Source: Candidatus Hermodarchaeota archaeon (GTDB taxonomy: Archaea; Asgardarchaeota; Lokiarchaeia; Sigyniarchaeales; SOKP01). From it: DNA of 62,411 nucleotides. A program made the position numbers and the translations under genes. The stretch spans positions 1 through 62,411 of the forward strand of contig JBHLLJ010000003.1 of assembly GCA_048885705.1 (NCBI GenBank). Reading direction: 5' to 3'. The notes below the pieces were generated by a model. That model was not told where the DNA came from. It made no database searches and worked only from the letters and a program-made list of their open reading frames with translations. Below, piece by piece: positions 1-10,187 of the stretch (the first letter of the stretch is position 1; the number at the start of each line of letters is the position of its first letter).

Positions 1-521
1 ATATGAGCCCAATGTGCTAACTGCCCAAAACCAATTGTCTCACCACTATCTTCAAACCATAATACTCTTATAGATTCGACTTTATCTAATTGATTTGCCC
101 CCATTTTTGCCATGATATTTGTCAGTCCTGCTGACGCTCCTGAATTAATAAGAAAAGTTAAATTTTCACGCTCTACATACTTATTCATTTTCAAAAATAT
201 TCGAGTAGCATCATGATCATCGCAAATATCGACATAATTTATGCCTGCTTGAATTGTAGCTCGTGGAATCCAATCTTTAAACATAAAATATGGTCCTATA
301 TTGTTTACTACTAATTTATGTTCTTTAAGAATTTCCACTAATTTTTCAAAATCCATAACGTCTATTTTATGAAAAGTTGCTTTATTACCTAATTTCTCTG
401 CGATTTTTCTGCCTTCGAATTCCCTTAAATCAGCTAAGGTAACATTGAATCCACTTTTTACTAGATCATAAGCAATATATCTTCCAATTTCTCCACATGC
501 TCCTAATATGATTATACTCAT
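1..521 (-). CDS. NAD(P)-binding saccharopine-dehydrogenase-like oxidoreductase; only the N-terminal part is present because the C-terminus runs off the window
   Basis: Not in the ORF track because it is open at the window edge. My minus-strand translation from the ATG at 519-521 reads MSIIILGACGEIGRYIAYDLVKSGFNVTLADLREFEGRKIAEKLGNKATFHKIDVMDFEKLVEILKEHKLVVNNIGPYFMFKDW. It has a GxxGxxG Rossmann start and a layout typical of Sacchrp_dh_NADP-type proteins. The start overlaps the stop of the upstream gene by 1 nt (TAATG). Confidence 0.55.
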   Translation of the reverse strand, partial: MSIIILGACGEIGRYIAYDLVKSGFNVTLADLREFEGRKIAEKLGNKATFHKIDVMDFEKLVEILKEHKLVVNNIGPYFMFKDWIPRATIQAGINYVDICDDHDATRIFLKMNKYVERENLTFLINSGASAGLTNIMAKMGANQLDKVESIRVLWFEDSGETIGFGQLAHWAH

Positions 522-928
522 TAATTAAACTCTTTTCTAGTTGATATTTTCTTAAATATTATACCTACTTGTTTCATAAATACAATCATTAATGATGACC
601 ATACAAGATCATAAGGTATTGCGAAAATGAGTATCATAAATAATTGAGGATATTTAAATAAATTTAATAGACTGAAGATAATTATTATGACGCGTGCTAG
701 AATATTTAATAAGGGAATAATTAGGTATTTCTCTAAATCTCTTGAAGAAAACATTAAAAGTATGCCATAGCAAAGGATAAATATACCTCCCATTTGGGAA
801 AAAATGGGTATATTTTCAAGTCCTAGATGTTCAAAAAGTAAATCTAATACTAAAAATAACAAACCTAAAACAATTTCTACAATTCCACCTAAAATGAGTA
901 AAATTTTTAGTACTCTTTTAGAATTCAT
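521..928 (-). CDS. small integral membrane protein, function unknown
   Basis: 135-aa ORF with about four hydrophobic spans (LKILLILGGIVEIVLGLLFLVL, GGIFILCYGILLMF, VIIIIFSLLNLF, MILIFAIPYDLVWSSLMIVF). It is translationally coupled to the downstream gene. Confidence 0.5.
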   Translation of the reverse strand: MNSKRVLKILLILGGIVEIVLGLLFLVLDLLFEHLGLENIPIFSQMGGIFILCYGILLMFSSRDLEKYLIIPLLNILARVIIIIFSLLNLFKYPQLFMILIFAIPYDLVWSSLMIVFMKQVGIIFKKISTRKEFN

Positions 929-954
929 AATTTTCTTTTAATATCTCTTTCTTT

Positions 955-2130
955 TTAACAATTTTTAAGTGGTGACATGAATCCACCTGCATTTCTTTCT
1001 GTTAACGGAATCATTGAATCACATTCTTTAATTTGAACTTTTTGGTCGAAGAAGAATTGACCTATTTTTTCTGCCTTAGAGTATAGTTCATCAATCAGAT
1101 TTTTTTCTATTGAATGAAGTAAATGATATTTAACTATAGGTTCCGGTTTTTGCTCTGTATCCCAGACCCCAATAGCAATTCCATCTAGAAATATTGTTGC
1201 CGCGATATTTCCAGAACGATCAAAAATTTTGTTATAATTATTAGCATTAATATATCTATCTCTATACTTATATCCCATTGGGTAAGGATCAAGTTCTGGT
1301 AATAAGGATAATGATGATTTATCAACATTATTTAAGTTCCGCAAAATATCAATATCCGATTTGAATATCAAAAAAGTTCCTTTAAGATGTGATATTTTTA
1401 CTCTATTGATGGCAGGTTCAATTTTATTTAAACCTTCTCTAATTTCTGTTTTAGTTAAACCAGTCCACCAAGACAGATCATTTTCTGAAGCAGGTCCATA
1501 GGCTTTCAAATACTTCTCTACTAAAATTGCAATTGCTTGTTTTTCATTTTCTACTGTTAAATTAATATTAGGGAAATAATCTTTGAACAAAGCATATTTA
1601 TTCCGTCGATCTTTCCAATTCTTTATTGGTTGCCCCCTTATTAATAATCCATAATCACACATTAAATGAATAATGGCAGGAATGTTTAAATTTGAATTTA
1701 ACTCTTTTCTTATTTCAGACGCTGATAACTCTTTTTCCTTAAGCGCATTCATTATTAGTTCAGAGATTTCTCTATAATCAGATAAGGAGATTTTGTGAAA
1801 TTCCATATATTTTTCAAAATTTTTTTCACTTAATTTAAAAGTTGCTGCATAGATAATCGGAATCATTTCTCTTGTTTGAATAAATAAGGTTCTTCGCATT
1901 CCTCGAATTCTTCCTAGAGTTCTATTTACATAAAGCTCTCTTTCTAAGTCAGCTTTTTTGAAATTTTTTGTCCTTATAAACAGTGATAAATAAGATGTTG
2001 TAAGTCCTGTTGAATGGAGTCCGCATGAATCATCTGTTATCTTTAAAATATCATCTATTTTAGAATTATCTGTAAGATGATGTTTTTGTAAGATAAACCG
2101 ATTTACACGACTTAATTCAAATGTTTCCAT
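955..2130 (-). CDS. winged-helix DNA-binding domain protein (DUF1006 / YcaQ-AlkZ-like family)
   Basis: 391 aa. The N-terminal segment GLHSTGLTTSYLSLFIR...LYVNRTLGRIRGMRRTLFIQT resembles the family signature recalled from memory (..GlQaq..RgTlHlv..), and the length is typical of the family. Confidence 0.5.
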   Translation of the reverse strand: METFELSRVNRFILQKHHLTDNSKIDDILKITDDSCGLHSTGLTTSYLSLFIRTKNFKKADLERELYVNRTLGRIRGMRRTLFIQTREMIPIIYAATFKLSEKNFEKYMEFHKISLSDYREISELIMNALKEKELSASEIRKELNSNLNIPAIIHLMCDYGLLIRGQPIKNWKDRRNKYALFKDYFPNINLTVENEKQAIAILVEKYLKAYGPASENDLSWWTGLTKTEIREGLNKIEPAINRVKISHLKGTFLIFKSDIDILRNLNNVDKSSLSLLPELDPYPMGYKYRDRYINANNYNKIFDRSGNIAATIFLDGIAIGVWDTEQKPEPIVKYHLLHSIEKNLIDELYSKAEKIGQFFFDQKVQIKECDSMIPLTERNAGGFMSPLKNC

Positions 2131-2182
2131 AAACTTTCCATTAATCTGATTTTGAAGGATTAAAATTAAAAAAATTTAATGT

Positions 2183-2749
2183 TTATGATTTAAGTTTTTT
2201 AAGTAAAAAAGCAAAATTTTTACCTAAATTTTTAAATGTTCTAATACCTTCCTCATCATCTAAGACTTCTCCTGGATTCCTTCCGATACCTAAGTTCCAG
2301 TAACTAGAACCCACTACAAACATCTGCTTTATTAAGAAAAAGTAATTTATACTGGAAAACACATGATTTGCACCAGCTCTCCTAACTGCTACAACTGCTG
2401 CACCAACTTTATGTTTTAAATGCCCTCCCGTAGCATATCCTGAACGTTCAATTAATGCCTTTGTACTTGTGGATAAATCTGAGAAAAATGTTGGCGATCC
2501 TATTATAATTCCATTGGCTTCAAGCATTTTTTGGATATATTCATTCATATTATCTCCTTCAATGGTACATCTTTGATCATCATTGTCTATGCATTGATAA
2601 CATGCAGTACAACCTTGTAATCGTTTATTACCAATCCATATTATTTCACATTCAATTCCCTCAGCTTTTAGTTCTTCCATAACAGTATTTAAACAATGGT
2701 ATGTGTTTCCTTCTTTTCTTGGACTTCCATTAAATAATACTACCTTCAT
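2183..2749 (-). CDS. flavodoxin-fold NAD(P)H-dependent FMN reductase / iron-sulfur flavoprotein (Isf-like)
   Basis: The N-terminus MKVVLFNGSPRKEGNT is typical of the family. It carries a compact Cys cluster CTACYQCIDNDDQRC (CX2CX2CX7C) as in archaeal iron-sulfur flavoproteins. Confidence 0.7.
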   Translation of the reverse strand: MKVVLFNGSPRKEGNTYHCLNTVMEELKAEGIECEIIWIGNKRLQGCTACYQCIDNDDQRCTIEGDNMNEYIQKMLEANGIIIGSPTFFSDLSTSTKALIERSGYATGGHLKHKVGAAVVAVRRAGANHVFSSINYFFLIKQMFVVGSSYWNLGIGRNPGEVLDDEEGIRTFKNLGKNFAFLLKKLKS

Positions 2750-2840
2750 TATTATAAACCTAAAAAATTATAATTACCAAATTATTTTTCAATAATTATT
2801 ACAACGCTTTTAAATTTTATAAAAAATACTTTAGTTTGTG

Positions 2841-3164
2841 TTATTCCAACCTTTCAATTTTAAATATTACTGGTCGGAACCAATCACTACATCCAGTAAT
2901 AACAGTACCTTTGGCTTTCATTCCCGGTATATTAGCCCCTGAAGCAATTGCTATTATATCATGCCGAATATCAGCCCACGCCCAGTGACAGAATCCCTCG
3001 GGTACCTTCCCGAGATTGTTATCAATTATTATTTCTTGGCCATCTTTAAATGCATCACATACTTTAATATCTTTTAAGCGGTCTTCTATATATTCATCAA
3101 TTAAGTCCTGATTTAACATTCTTTTTATTACAGTTATTTTACATTTTGGTATTTTGGAATTCAT
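2841..3164 (-). CDS. TIGR04076-family small conserved protein
   Basis: 107 aa with CDAFKDGQEIII...PEGFCHWAWADIRHDI...GCSDWFRPVIFKIERLE, matching the family pattern as I recall it. Confidence 0.7.
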   Translation of the reverse strand: MNSKIPKCKITVIKRMLNQDLIDEYIEDRLKDIKVCDAFKDGQEIIIDNNLGKVPEGFCHWAWADIRHDIIAIASGANIPGMKAKGTVITGCSDWFRPVIFKIERLE

Positions 3165-3253
3165 TTTTTGGTCTCCCTCACTTTAATAATTTTAAAATCA
3201 TTATTTTATATTGATATATGTTTAATTGTTTGTGAATAAATTTAATCTTTAAT

Positions 3254-4492
3254 ATGGAAGTTCGTCCAGAATTACTTGCACCTGTTCAAGAATGGAATAC
3301 ACTAAAAGTAATAAGTGGTATAGCAGATGCTATATATTTCGGTATAGACAAATATAATATGAGGCAAAAAGCAAGAAACTTTGAAAGGGAAGATTTAAGT
3401 AAAGTTTCTGAATTTTGTCATAATCAAAATCCACCAATAAAAGCATATTTAACCACAAACATTTTAATATATGATAAAGAATTACAAGATTTGGAAAAAC
3501 TGATTCTAGAAGCAAAAGATGCTCAAATTGATGCTATAATCGCTCATGATCTTGCTGCTATTAGAATAGCCAAAAGAAATAATATAAAATTTCATATCTC
3601 AACACAAGCTAATATTTCTAATATTGAAACTGCGAAATTTTTTGAGGAATATGGTGCTGAAAGGATAATATTAGCTAGGGAACTTTCATTAGAGCAAATA
3701 AAATTAATTAAACACCATCTTACAACTACTGAAATTGAATGCTTTGTTCATGGTTCAATGTGCACCTCAATTTCAGGGAGATGCTATCTTTCAGCCACCA
3801 TCTGTGAATCAGAAGTTTATTCAGCAAACAGAGGAAATTGTGTCCAACCTTGTCGCCGAGAATGGCGAGTTATTGATGATGAGACTAATGAATTCATTTA
3901 TGACGGTCAAATGTTTTTAAATGCTAAGGATCTTTGCATGATTGAATATATACCCGAACTTATTAACGCTAAAATAGATGCATTTAAGATAGAAGGAAGA
4001 ATGAAGGATGCTCTATATGTTAAAATAGTTACAGAATGTTATAGAGAAGCAATAGATAGCTATTTTAATGAATCCTATACCCAAGATAAGATAAATATAT
4101 GGTTGGAACGATTATCAAGTGTATATAATAGGGGTTTTCATACGGGTTTCTATTTCCAAAAACCAACTATAGAGGATATTGAACTAGGAAAAAGAGGAAA
4201 TGTTTCTCATTATAAAAAACATTACCTAGGTAAAATTCTTTCTTATGATAAAATTAGCAAATCTGCTAATGTTCTGTTAGAAAGTTTAGATTTCCCCTTA
4301 AAAGTTGGTGATGAAATTTTTATCATTGGACTTAATACTTCTGTCATTGAAACAATAAAAAAAATGATATATAAAGGAGAAAAAATTAAAAGTATAGTTA
4401 GAAAACGTTATAGTGACCCCATAAGGATTAATCTTCGTATTAATAAAGAGGTTGAAATGGATGATAAAATTTATGCATTGTACTTAAAATAA
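3254..4492 (+). CDS. peptidase U32 family protein (collagenase-like / RNA hydroxylation-associated family)
   Basis: 412 aa. It has ELLAP...ADAIYFG near the N-terminus, a Cys-rich core FVHGSMCTSISGRCYLS...NRGNCVQPCR, and a KIEGRMK motif. Confidence 0.8.
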   Translation: MEVRPELLAPVQEWNTLKVISGIADAIYFGIDKYNMRQKARNFEREDLSKVSEFCHNQNPPIKAYLTTNILIYDKELQDLEKLILEAKDAQIDAIIAHDLAAIRIAKRNNIKFHISTQANISNIETAKFFEEYGAERIILARELSLEQIKLIKHHLTTTEIECFVHGSMCTSISGRCYLSATICESEVYSANRGNCVQPCRREWRVIDDETNEFIYDGQMFLNAKDLCMIEYIPELINAKIDAFKIEGRMKDALYVKIVTECYREAIDSYFNESYTQDKINIWLERLSSVYNRGFHTGFYFQKPTIEDIELGKRGNVSHYKKHYLGKILSYDKISKSANVLLESLDFPLKVGDEIFIIGLNTSVIETIKKMIYKGEKIKSIVRKRYSDPIRINLRINKEVEMDDKIYALYLK

Positions 4493-4500
4493 TAATTATC

Positions 4501-5175
4501 ATGAATTTTGAGAATAAGAGAAAGCGTCTAGTTGAAAATCTTAAAGATAGGGGAATTTTAACAAAGGAAGAAGTAATAAGAGCAATGTTAATAGTCCCAC
4601 GCCATAAATTTTTGCCTAAAGATGCCGAATCATGCGCATATATGGATTCGCCTCTCTCAATAGGATTAGGGCAAACAATCAGTGCGCCTCATATGAACGC
4701 TATGATGTGTGAATATTTAGAGTTAAAAGAAGGAGATAAAGTGTTAGAAATTGGTACAGGTTCTGGTTATCATGCCGCTCTATGTGCTGAGATAGTTGCA
4801 ACAAAAAATTCAGTAAGTCCAGGTCACGTGTTTACAATTGAGCGTCATGAAGAATTAGTTAAAAATGCTAGAAAAAGTCTTGAGGCAACCGGATATAACC
4901 ATAGTGTGACAGTTATTCATGGTGATGGTACTTTAGGTTACGATAAAGAAGCACCTTATGACAAAATATTAGTAACTGCTGCTTCACCTTCAAAAATTCC
5001 TTTACCTTTGCGTGATCAGTTGAAAGATGGTGGAATTCTATGTATTCCGGCAGGTTCCAAAAATTTTGGACAAAACTTATATATTATAAAAAAGCATAAA
5101 GATCAATTTAAATCCAAAACAATTACAGGAGTACGTTTTGTTCCTCTTATAGGAAAATTTGGATTTGAATCCTGA
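4501..5175 (+). CDS. pcm: protein-L-isoaspartate O-methyltransferase
   Basis: GQTISAPHMNAMMCEYLELKEGDKVLEIGTGSGYHAAL contains the canonical PIMT motifs. It is 224 aa and lies 8 nt after the U32 gene. Confidence 0.85.
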   Translation: MNFENKRKRLVENLKDRGILTKEEVIRAMLIVPRHKFLPKDAESCAYMDSPLSIGLGQTISAPHMNAMMCEYLELKEGDKVLEIGTGSGYHAALCAEIVATKNSVSPGHVFTIERHEELVKNARKSLEATGYNHSVTVIHGDGTLGYDKEAPYDKILVTAASPSKIPLPLRDQLKDGGILCIPAGSKNFGQNLYIIKKHKDQFKSKTITGVRFVPLIGKFGFES

Positions 5176-5239
5176 GAAAAACTAGTTATAAAAAGAAAGA
5201 TACAAAACAAGAAAAATATTTAAATCTTTAAAAAGGAGT

Positions 5240-5383
5240 CTACTTCTTAAGCTTTTTTCGAAGCTTTTCCTCCATTAGTTTTTGACGAATATTTTTAACA
5301 TATTTATTATTTTCGATATTATTTTTCAGCGTCATTTTGTTATAGGTCCAGCCATTTCGCTTTCCATTTCCATTAGTTCCCAT
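5240..5383 (-). CDS. possible small basic protein (47 aa), uncharacterised
   Basis: Below the ORF-track size cut-off. My translation is MGTNGNGKRNGWTYNKMTLKNNIENNKYVKNIRQKLMEEKLRKKLKK, from ATG at 5381-5383 to TAG at 5240-5242. It sits in an otherwise empty 340-nt gap. No homology was recognised. Confidence 0.2.
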   Translation of the reverse strand: MGTNGNGKRNGWTYNKMTLKNNIENNKYVKNIRQKLMEEKLRKKLKK

Positions 5384-5515
5384 AAACGTCAAAACCAATG
5401 CGTATTTTCATGTTTTCCTATTTTTATTAGGTCCTTAATATATTTAAAGGTATATTATATCAACATAATTCTTACGCATATCCACAAATTTGTAGAGGAT
5501 ACTTAAATTTAAATA

Positions 5516-7690
5516 TTAAAATATTTTAAACGTAAGATGAATTTCTAAATTCTTTTCAAGTTTGAAAATAGGAACAACATTTACTCCTTGATAAATTTCT
5601 TTATAACTCTCTTCTGTGTAAGCATATGCAATAATTGGAAATTTAGTAATTTTAGTCATACCATATTTACTGGAGACATCAATCTCGAAGGTTAAATCAT
5701 AGGATTCATCATAAGCTCTAAAATGAGAACCATTATATTGAAATGATTCCAATAATTTCTTATCTTTATTATCCTTAAAATCTATTTGTTTACTTTCCCA
5801 TTGAAATTTATTCGGATCTCCATTAAAGAAAAATGGTATATCAATCGCTAGATTTAGATGTTTAATAACATGATTGAAAATGTCTTCATTTTCTGGTTTT
5901 TCATTGAAATTTATTCTTAGGGAGACTCTAATTTCATTTTCTTCAACATAAATATCTTTTGTAATTCGAACTGGGATTCTCTCATTAGAATCAGGATCCT
6001 TTATACTTCCCATTTTCTCCATTTCAATAATTGCTATCTTTCCATCTTTTTCGGTACTTGTAACCCTAAAATTTTCATCAACAAAATTTCCAAACTCATA
6101 GTATTGATCAGCATGAAGTTCTTCTAACGATACATCATCGTGTAAAAATCTAAGTCGTAATAAGCTTTTTTTAAATCTATCTACTAATACTTCTTTTGTC
6201 GCAAGTTTCTTACTTTCATGATAAGCTTCTGGCCATCTAGTTAAAGTATTTAATAAGTTATAAGATTTAGGTTTGTAATCTAATTCAAAAGTAGTCCCAC
6301 CATCAGAAGGATTGATATATACATTAAATATATCAGATTCAATCAAATATTCTGTTTTGCTATCTTTAAGAAAATCAATTGGAGTTATGTAAATATAGGA
6401 TTTCAGTTTCGGATTCATTAATATATTTATTTCATCTATAATTTTCTCAGCATTTATTAAATGGGTATAAACTGAAAATCTTAAAAATTGCAGATAGACA
6501 CCCCCAAACAGTCCATGCCAATAACAATCGTTGCACTGAGCTTTATAGATTTCATCCCAAGCTTCACCTATTTTATTCAAAATTAATGAAGTAAGTTGTT
6601 CATTTTGAACTTTTAGTAAGTTTTCTTCAGCATTGATGAGCTTATTTCTTATATGAAGCATCTTCTTATGCATATTGTTGGATTCGGGATACTTTACTAA
6701 GAAATATCTCCAAAAACCACCACTTAGAAATTGATAAATATGTTTTTTAGTCTTATCTTCCCTTAAACTCTTTCTAATATCCTTATAATTCTTTCGAATG
6801 GGTGTTGGAAGCACCCATTCACTCATTTTATCATAACTTGCTGTTGGAAGATAAACTAAACTTTTAGCCGGAAATTTGTTCATATATTCAGAAAGGGTTA
6901 ATGATTTAATCCATACGTTACTTCTTATTTGTTCCAAAAATGCGGGAATGAATGGTTTTCCGTTATCCCCATCATGATGCCCTTGTCCTTCTACATAGCA
7001 AATTTGGTGTGTAGTGCCCCAAACTCCCATTTTTTCCGCATCAGATATTAATAGAGCAATCCTGTCACCAAAATGATCTGCCATCTTGTTTAAATATTCA
7101 ATTGATAAGTAAGTTGGTTTCCAAGGGGTTAAATATCTTAATTCCTCATTTATTGGAAAAATTCGCAATGTTTTTCCTTCATCTTCAGTAATATAGGAAT
7201 AGAAAGTTCCTTCTTCGGTAATCCCAGTGGATCTAAAATGATTATCATCAAGGATAACATATTTTAAGCCAGCGTCATTTAAGAAAGAAGGGTAATTTGG
7301 TTCCCATACTCTTTCTGATAACCAAGCTCCTTTTACTTCTAAGCCAAATTCATTTTTTATCAAATCAGTTAATTTTTTTATTTGAGCAATTTTATCACGA
7401 TATGGGATTATCGAAAAAATAGGTTCATAATAGCCCCCTCCAATAATTTCTATTTGTCCTCTTTTTGCCATTATTTTAAGCTTCTCTATGAAATCGACTT
7501 TATTGTTTATTAGCCATTCCAATAAATTACCCGAAAAATGAAGGGTAATTTTTATATCTTCAAATTTAAAGATGTTATCAATAAGGGGTTCATATGATTT
7601 CTTATAAACATCTTCAAAAACCCATGGAAAATTATCAACAGGTTGGTGAAAGTGGAATACAATAGGGAGATTAATGCTCTTTTCAGTCAT
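5516..7690 (-). CDS. glycoside hydrolase family 57 enzyme (4-alpha-glucanotransferase / alpha-amylase-like)
   Basis: The N-terminus INLPIVFHFHQPVDNFPWVFEDVYKKSYEPL is the GH57 signature (HxHQP...). The 724-aa length fits GH57 glucanotransferases. Confidence 0.8.
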   Translation of the reverse strand: MTEKSINLPIVFHFHQPVDNFPWVFEDVYKKSYEPLIDNIFKFEDIKITLHFSGNLLEWLINNKVDFIEKLKIMAKRGQIEIIGGGYYEPIFSIIPYRDKIAQIKKLTDLIKNEFGLEVKGAWLSERVWEPNYPSFLNDAGLKYVILDDNHFRSTGITEEGTFYSYITEDEGKTLRIFPINEELRYLTPWKPTYLSIEYLNKMADHFGDRIALLISDAEKMGVWGTTHQICYVEGQGHHDGDNGKPFIPAFLEQIRSNVWIKSLTLSEYMNKFPAKSLVYLPTASYDKMSEWVLPTPIRKNYKDIRKSLREDKTKKHIYQFLSGGFWRYFLVKYPESNNMHKKMLHIRNKLINAEENLLKVQNEQLTSLILNKIGEAWDEIYKAQCNDCYWHGLFGGVYLQFLRFSVYTHLINAEKIIDEINILMNPKLKSYIYITPIDFLKDSKTEYLIESDIFNVYINPSDGGTTFELDYKPKSYNLLNTLTRWPEAYHESKKLATKEVLVDRFKKSLLRLRFLHDDVSLEELHADQYYEFGNFVDENFRVTSTEKDGKIAIIEMEKMGSIKDPDSNERIPVRITKDIYVEENEIRVSLRINFNEKPENEDIFNHVIKHLNLAIDIPFFFNGDPNKFQWESKQIDFKDNKDKKLLESFQYNGSHFRAYDESYDLTFEIDVSSKYGMTKITKFPIIAYAYTEESYKEIYQGVNVVPIFKLEKNLEIHLTFKIF

Positions 7691-7780
7691 TTTAATGCAT
7701 ACAGTTTATATGTTTTAAATATATGTAAAAATTTTTACCTATAAAAGATAACTAATTATAATACTTAATATAGAAAATAA

Positions 7781-9511
7781 TTGGTTTTTATGATAAATTA
7801 TTTTGATAAAAATGTGATCCAAGGAGTTTGCAACTCAAATGAGTTTAAAGGGTGGCTTCTTTCAAGACGTTGGTTCGGAGATAAATCTGCTTTATCAAAT
7901 TTAGAGTTTGAAATTCAGTTATTGTATTTTGAAATTATTGCTGAAAGAATTTTCCTAACCATAACTGAAGTAAAAACGTCTAATTATTCTAAAACCTATT
8001 TTGTCCCTTTGATCTTTTATGAAAAACTTGAAGACTTTTTGTATTCCAGTGAAAAAACGCATTCTAATATATTAAAACTTACTGAAAACACTTTTAGTAA
8101 AAAATTAGTTATTACAATTGAAAATAAGCAAGAAATTATTACACTTAATTTATTAGAGGCAGAATTTTGTTTATTTTTCTGGGAGAAAATGCTGTTTGAC
8201 CCTAGCATATCTGAAGATTTTCCTTCAATGAATTTAGAATTGACACTATATAATGAACAATTTGAGGATGAAATAAATATGAGAAAAGTACAGAACTTAA
8301 TTGAAGCTGGATTATACACAGATCGATATGAACTTTCAATTAGTCAATTAGGAGGAGGTAATACAACTAATATCTTATTTTCATTGAATATTATTAATAA
8401 AAGAGACCCACAAAAAAAGTCATTGTCATATGTTTTGAAATCTTATAAGGATTATTCTATAAGCTTAGAACCATCAATCTTATTTGTTTTAGTAAAAAAT
8501 AAGTTTCCAAACACTCCTAAAATATATGGAACAATTAAAGTTCAAGATAAAGAGACAATTGGAATTCTTGAGTATGTTCCCAATATAGGAAATTTAGGTG
8601 ATATAATTTGGAATGAACTAAATAACATGATTAATGCAGTATTTAAGGATATTGATGAAGATTATTCTAGGCTTAGAGACAAACCTGAAGTCTCCAGATT
8701 AATTAAAGAGAAATGCATTGAAAGCTTAAAAGTATCTAAAGACATTAGTAACCACATTAAAAGTCTACATAAATCCTTAATATTACCTGAGCAAGAAGAA
8801 TATAGGTTAGAATTAGTAGATAGTAAACTTTATCTTAAAAATTATACAGATCGATTAGATTTAATGATTTCAGAATTATTAACAAAAATGAATGAACAAC
8901 CAGAAAGTGCATTCTTTAATTTACCCAAAATAAGTTCAATTCTTATAGATATTAAAGAAATAGTTGAAAGATTTCGATCTGAATTTAAGGAACTAAGAAT
9001 TAAAATTCAACCAGTACATCAAGATCTACATATGGAACAAATTCTTTATAATAAAGTTAATGGACAATACAACTTTTATTTCATAGATTTCGAGGGTGAC
9101 CCTCAACTTTCTATAGAAGAAAAAAAGGGAAAATTTCCTATAGAAAAAGACTTAGCTTCATTCTTGAGAGCCCTGAGTTATATTAAGTTTAATACATTAC
9201 TTAAATATATTGAGAAAAAAGTTATTAGAAAAGATAAATATGAAGTCCCAGAAGAAATTCTCTATAATCTATATTTTAGAAGAGCTGCTAGACCTTTAAA
9301 TAAAATTCTTGATAATGTTCTGAATGTACTTAATATTTGGGAATCGAAACTTATAGGAAAAATAGTAAAAGACTTAGAAGTAGATTATATACTAATTACT
9401 TATTTTTATATTGAAAGAGCATTGTATGAGTTAAATTATGAAATCCTATTCAGACCAAATAAAACAATTGTGCCAATTTTAGGATTAAAAGAAATTGTAG
9501 ATAAAAGTTAA
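7781..9511 (+). CDS. maltokinase-like (Mak/Pep2-type) phosphotransferase
   Basis: It has the kinase catalytic loop VHQDLHMEQILY (compare HGDLHLGQ in maltokinases) and the metal loop FIDFEGDP...KDLASFLRALSY (compare DFEGEP...RDvAgmLRSf). The start may be the TTG at 7781 or the ATG at 7790. Confidence 0.5.
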   Translation: MVFMINYFDKNVIQGVCNSNEFKGWLLSRRWFGDKSALSNLEFEIQLLYFEIIAERIFLTITEVKTSNYSKTYFVPLIFYEKLEDFLYSSEKTHSNILKLTENTFSKKLVITIENKQEIITLNLLEAEFCLFFWEKMLFDPSISEDFPSMNLELTLYNEQFEDEINMRKVQNLIEAGLYTDRYELSISQLGGGNTTNILFSLNIINKRDPQKKSLSYVLKSYKDYSISLEPSILFVLVKNKFPNTPKIYGTIKVQDKETIGILEYVPNIGNLGDIIWNELNNMINAVFKDIDEDYSRLRDKPEVSRLIKEKCIESLKVSKDISNHIKSLHKSLILPEQEEYRLELVDSKLYLKNYTDRLDLMISELLTKMNEQPESAFFNLPKISSILIDIKEIVERFRSEFKELRIKIQPVHQDLHMEQILYNKVNGQYNFYFIDFEGDPQLSIEEKKGKFPIEKDLASFLRALSYIKFNTLLKYIEKKVIRKDKYEVPEEILYNLYFRRAARPLNKILDNVLNVLNIWESKLIGKIVKDLEVDYILITYFYIERALYELNYEILFRPNKTIVPILGLKEIVDKS

Positions 9512-9521
9512 TTCTATTTTT

Positions 9522-10187
9522 TTATTCAATTTCTTCTTCAGGTATTGTAGCAAACTCAAATGAATAATGAGAAGATGATCGTTCGATTGGTTGGACTTTA
9601 TTCTTATATGCAGTTCTAATTTTACTTTGAGCTTCAATCTTAGATGATACCCAATCAATATCGAATTCAGAAGGTTGATTAAATATTCGCCAGACAAATG
9701 CTTCAACAAATCTTTGCGGTCCTAATTTTTTATCTATTAAAATATAATTCTCATCGTCAATAAATTTTGTGAATAAACCAAGATTTTCACAGAAGTCTAA
9801 CTTATAATGAATATCATCCAATTTCCCGTTTATTCTCGCGATATCATTAACAAAGTTGGCTAGTTTATTTCCTAGATTAATTTGTTCTTCTTCAGTTTGA
9901 TTTTCAATTAATTTTCTTAAATAACTTCTTTTGATAATTATAAAATCTCGGTCATTTAATGATTTTATTGAGCTTTTAGGCTTTATGATGAATTTTGACA
10001 TTTCTAAGTAGTTTCTAATTAAATCGGCTTTAGAAATTCCTAGTTTTGCACGTACCTTCTCAATATTTATATTTAATTCTTCATCAATCCTAACTGTTAT
10101 AACACTTGTAGAATTATTTAACTTAGATCGCTTATCTGAAGAATTCTTTTTTAGAAACGACGATTTTTGATTGGAATTTCGACTCAT
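9522..10187 (-). CDS. ribbon-helix-helix (CopG-like) domain protein with C-terminal extension
   Basis: A basic N-terminus is followed by VITVRIDEELNINIEKVRAKLGISKADLIRNYLEM, which shows the RHH pattern of a beta strand plus two helices. Confidence 0.5.
   Translation of the reverse strand: MSRNSNQKSSFLKKNSSDKRSKLNNSTSVITVRIDEELNINIEKVRAKLGISKADLIRNYLEMSKFIIKPKSSIKSLNDRDFIIIKRSYLRKLIENQTEEEQINLGNKLANFVNDIARINGKLDDIHYKLDFCENLGLFTKFIDDENYILIDKKLGPQRFVEAFVWRIFNQPSEFDIDWVSSKIEAQSKIRTAYKNKVQPIERSSSHYSFEFATIPEEEIE

Noticed and set aside
3330-3920. Track ORFs 3330..3515 (-) and 3735..3920 (+), inside the U32 peptidase gene.
   Set aside because: They are alternative frames of a supported gene, with no independent signal.
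5250-5268. The inverted repeat AAGCTTTTTTCGAAGCTT downstream of pcm, considered as a terminator.
   Set aside because: The stem is built from two self-complementary HindIII sites and is very short. It also lies inside the candidate small ORF on the other strand. It is not distinguishable from chance.
5282-5506. Track ORF 5282..5506 (+), 74 aa.
   Set aside because: It has low-complexity I/F/S-rich sequence in an AT-rich spacer. The opposite-strand 47-aa basic ORF (5240..5383) is at least protein-like, although it is also weak.
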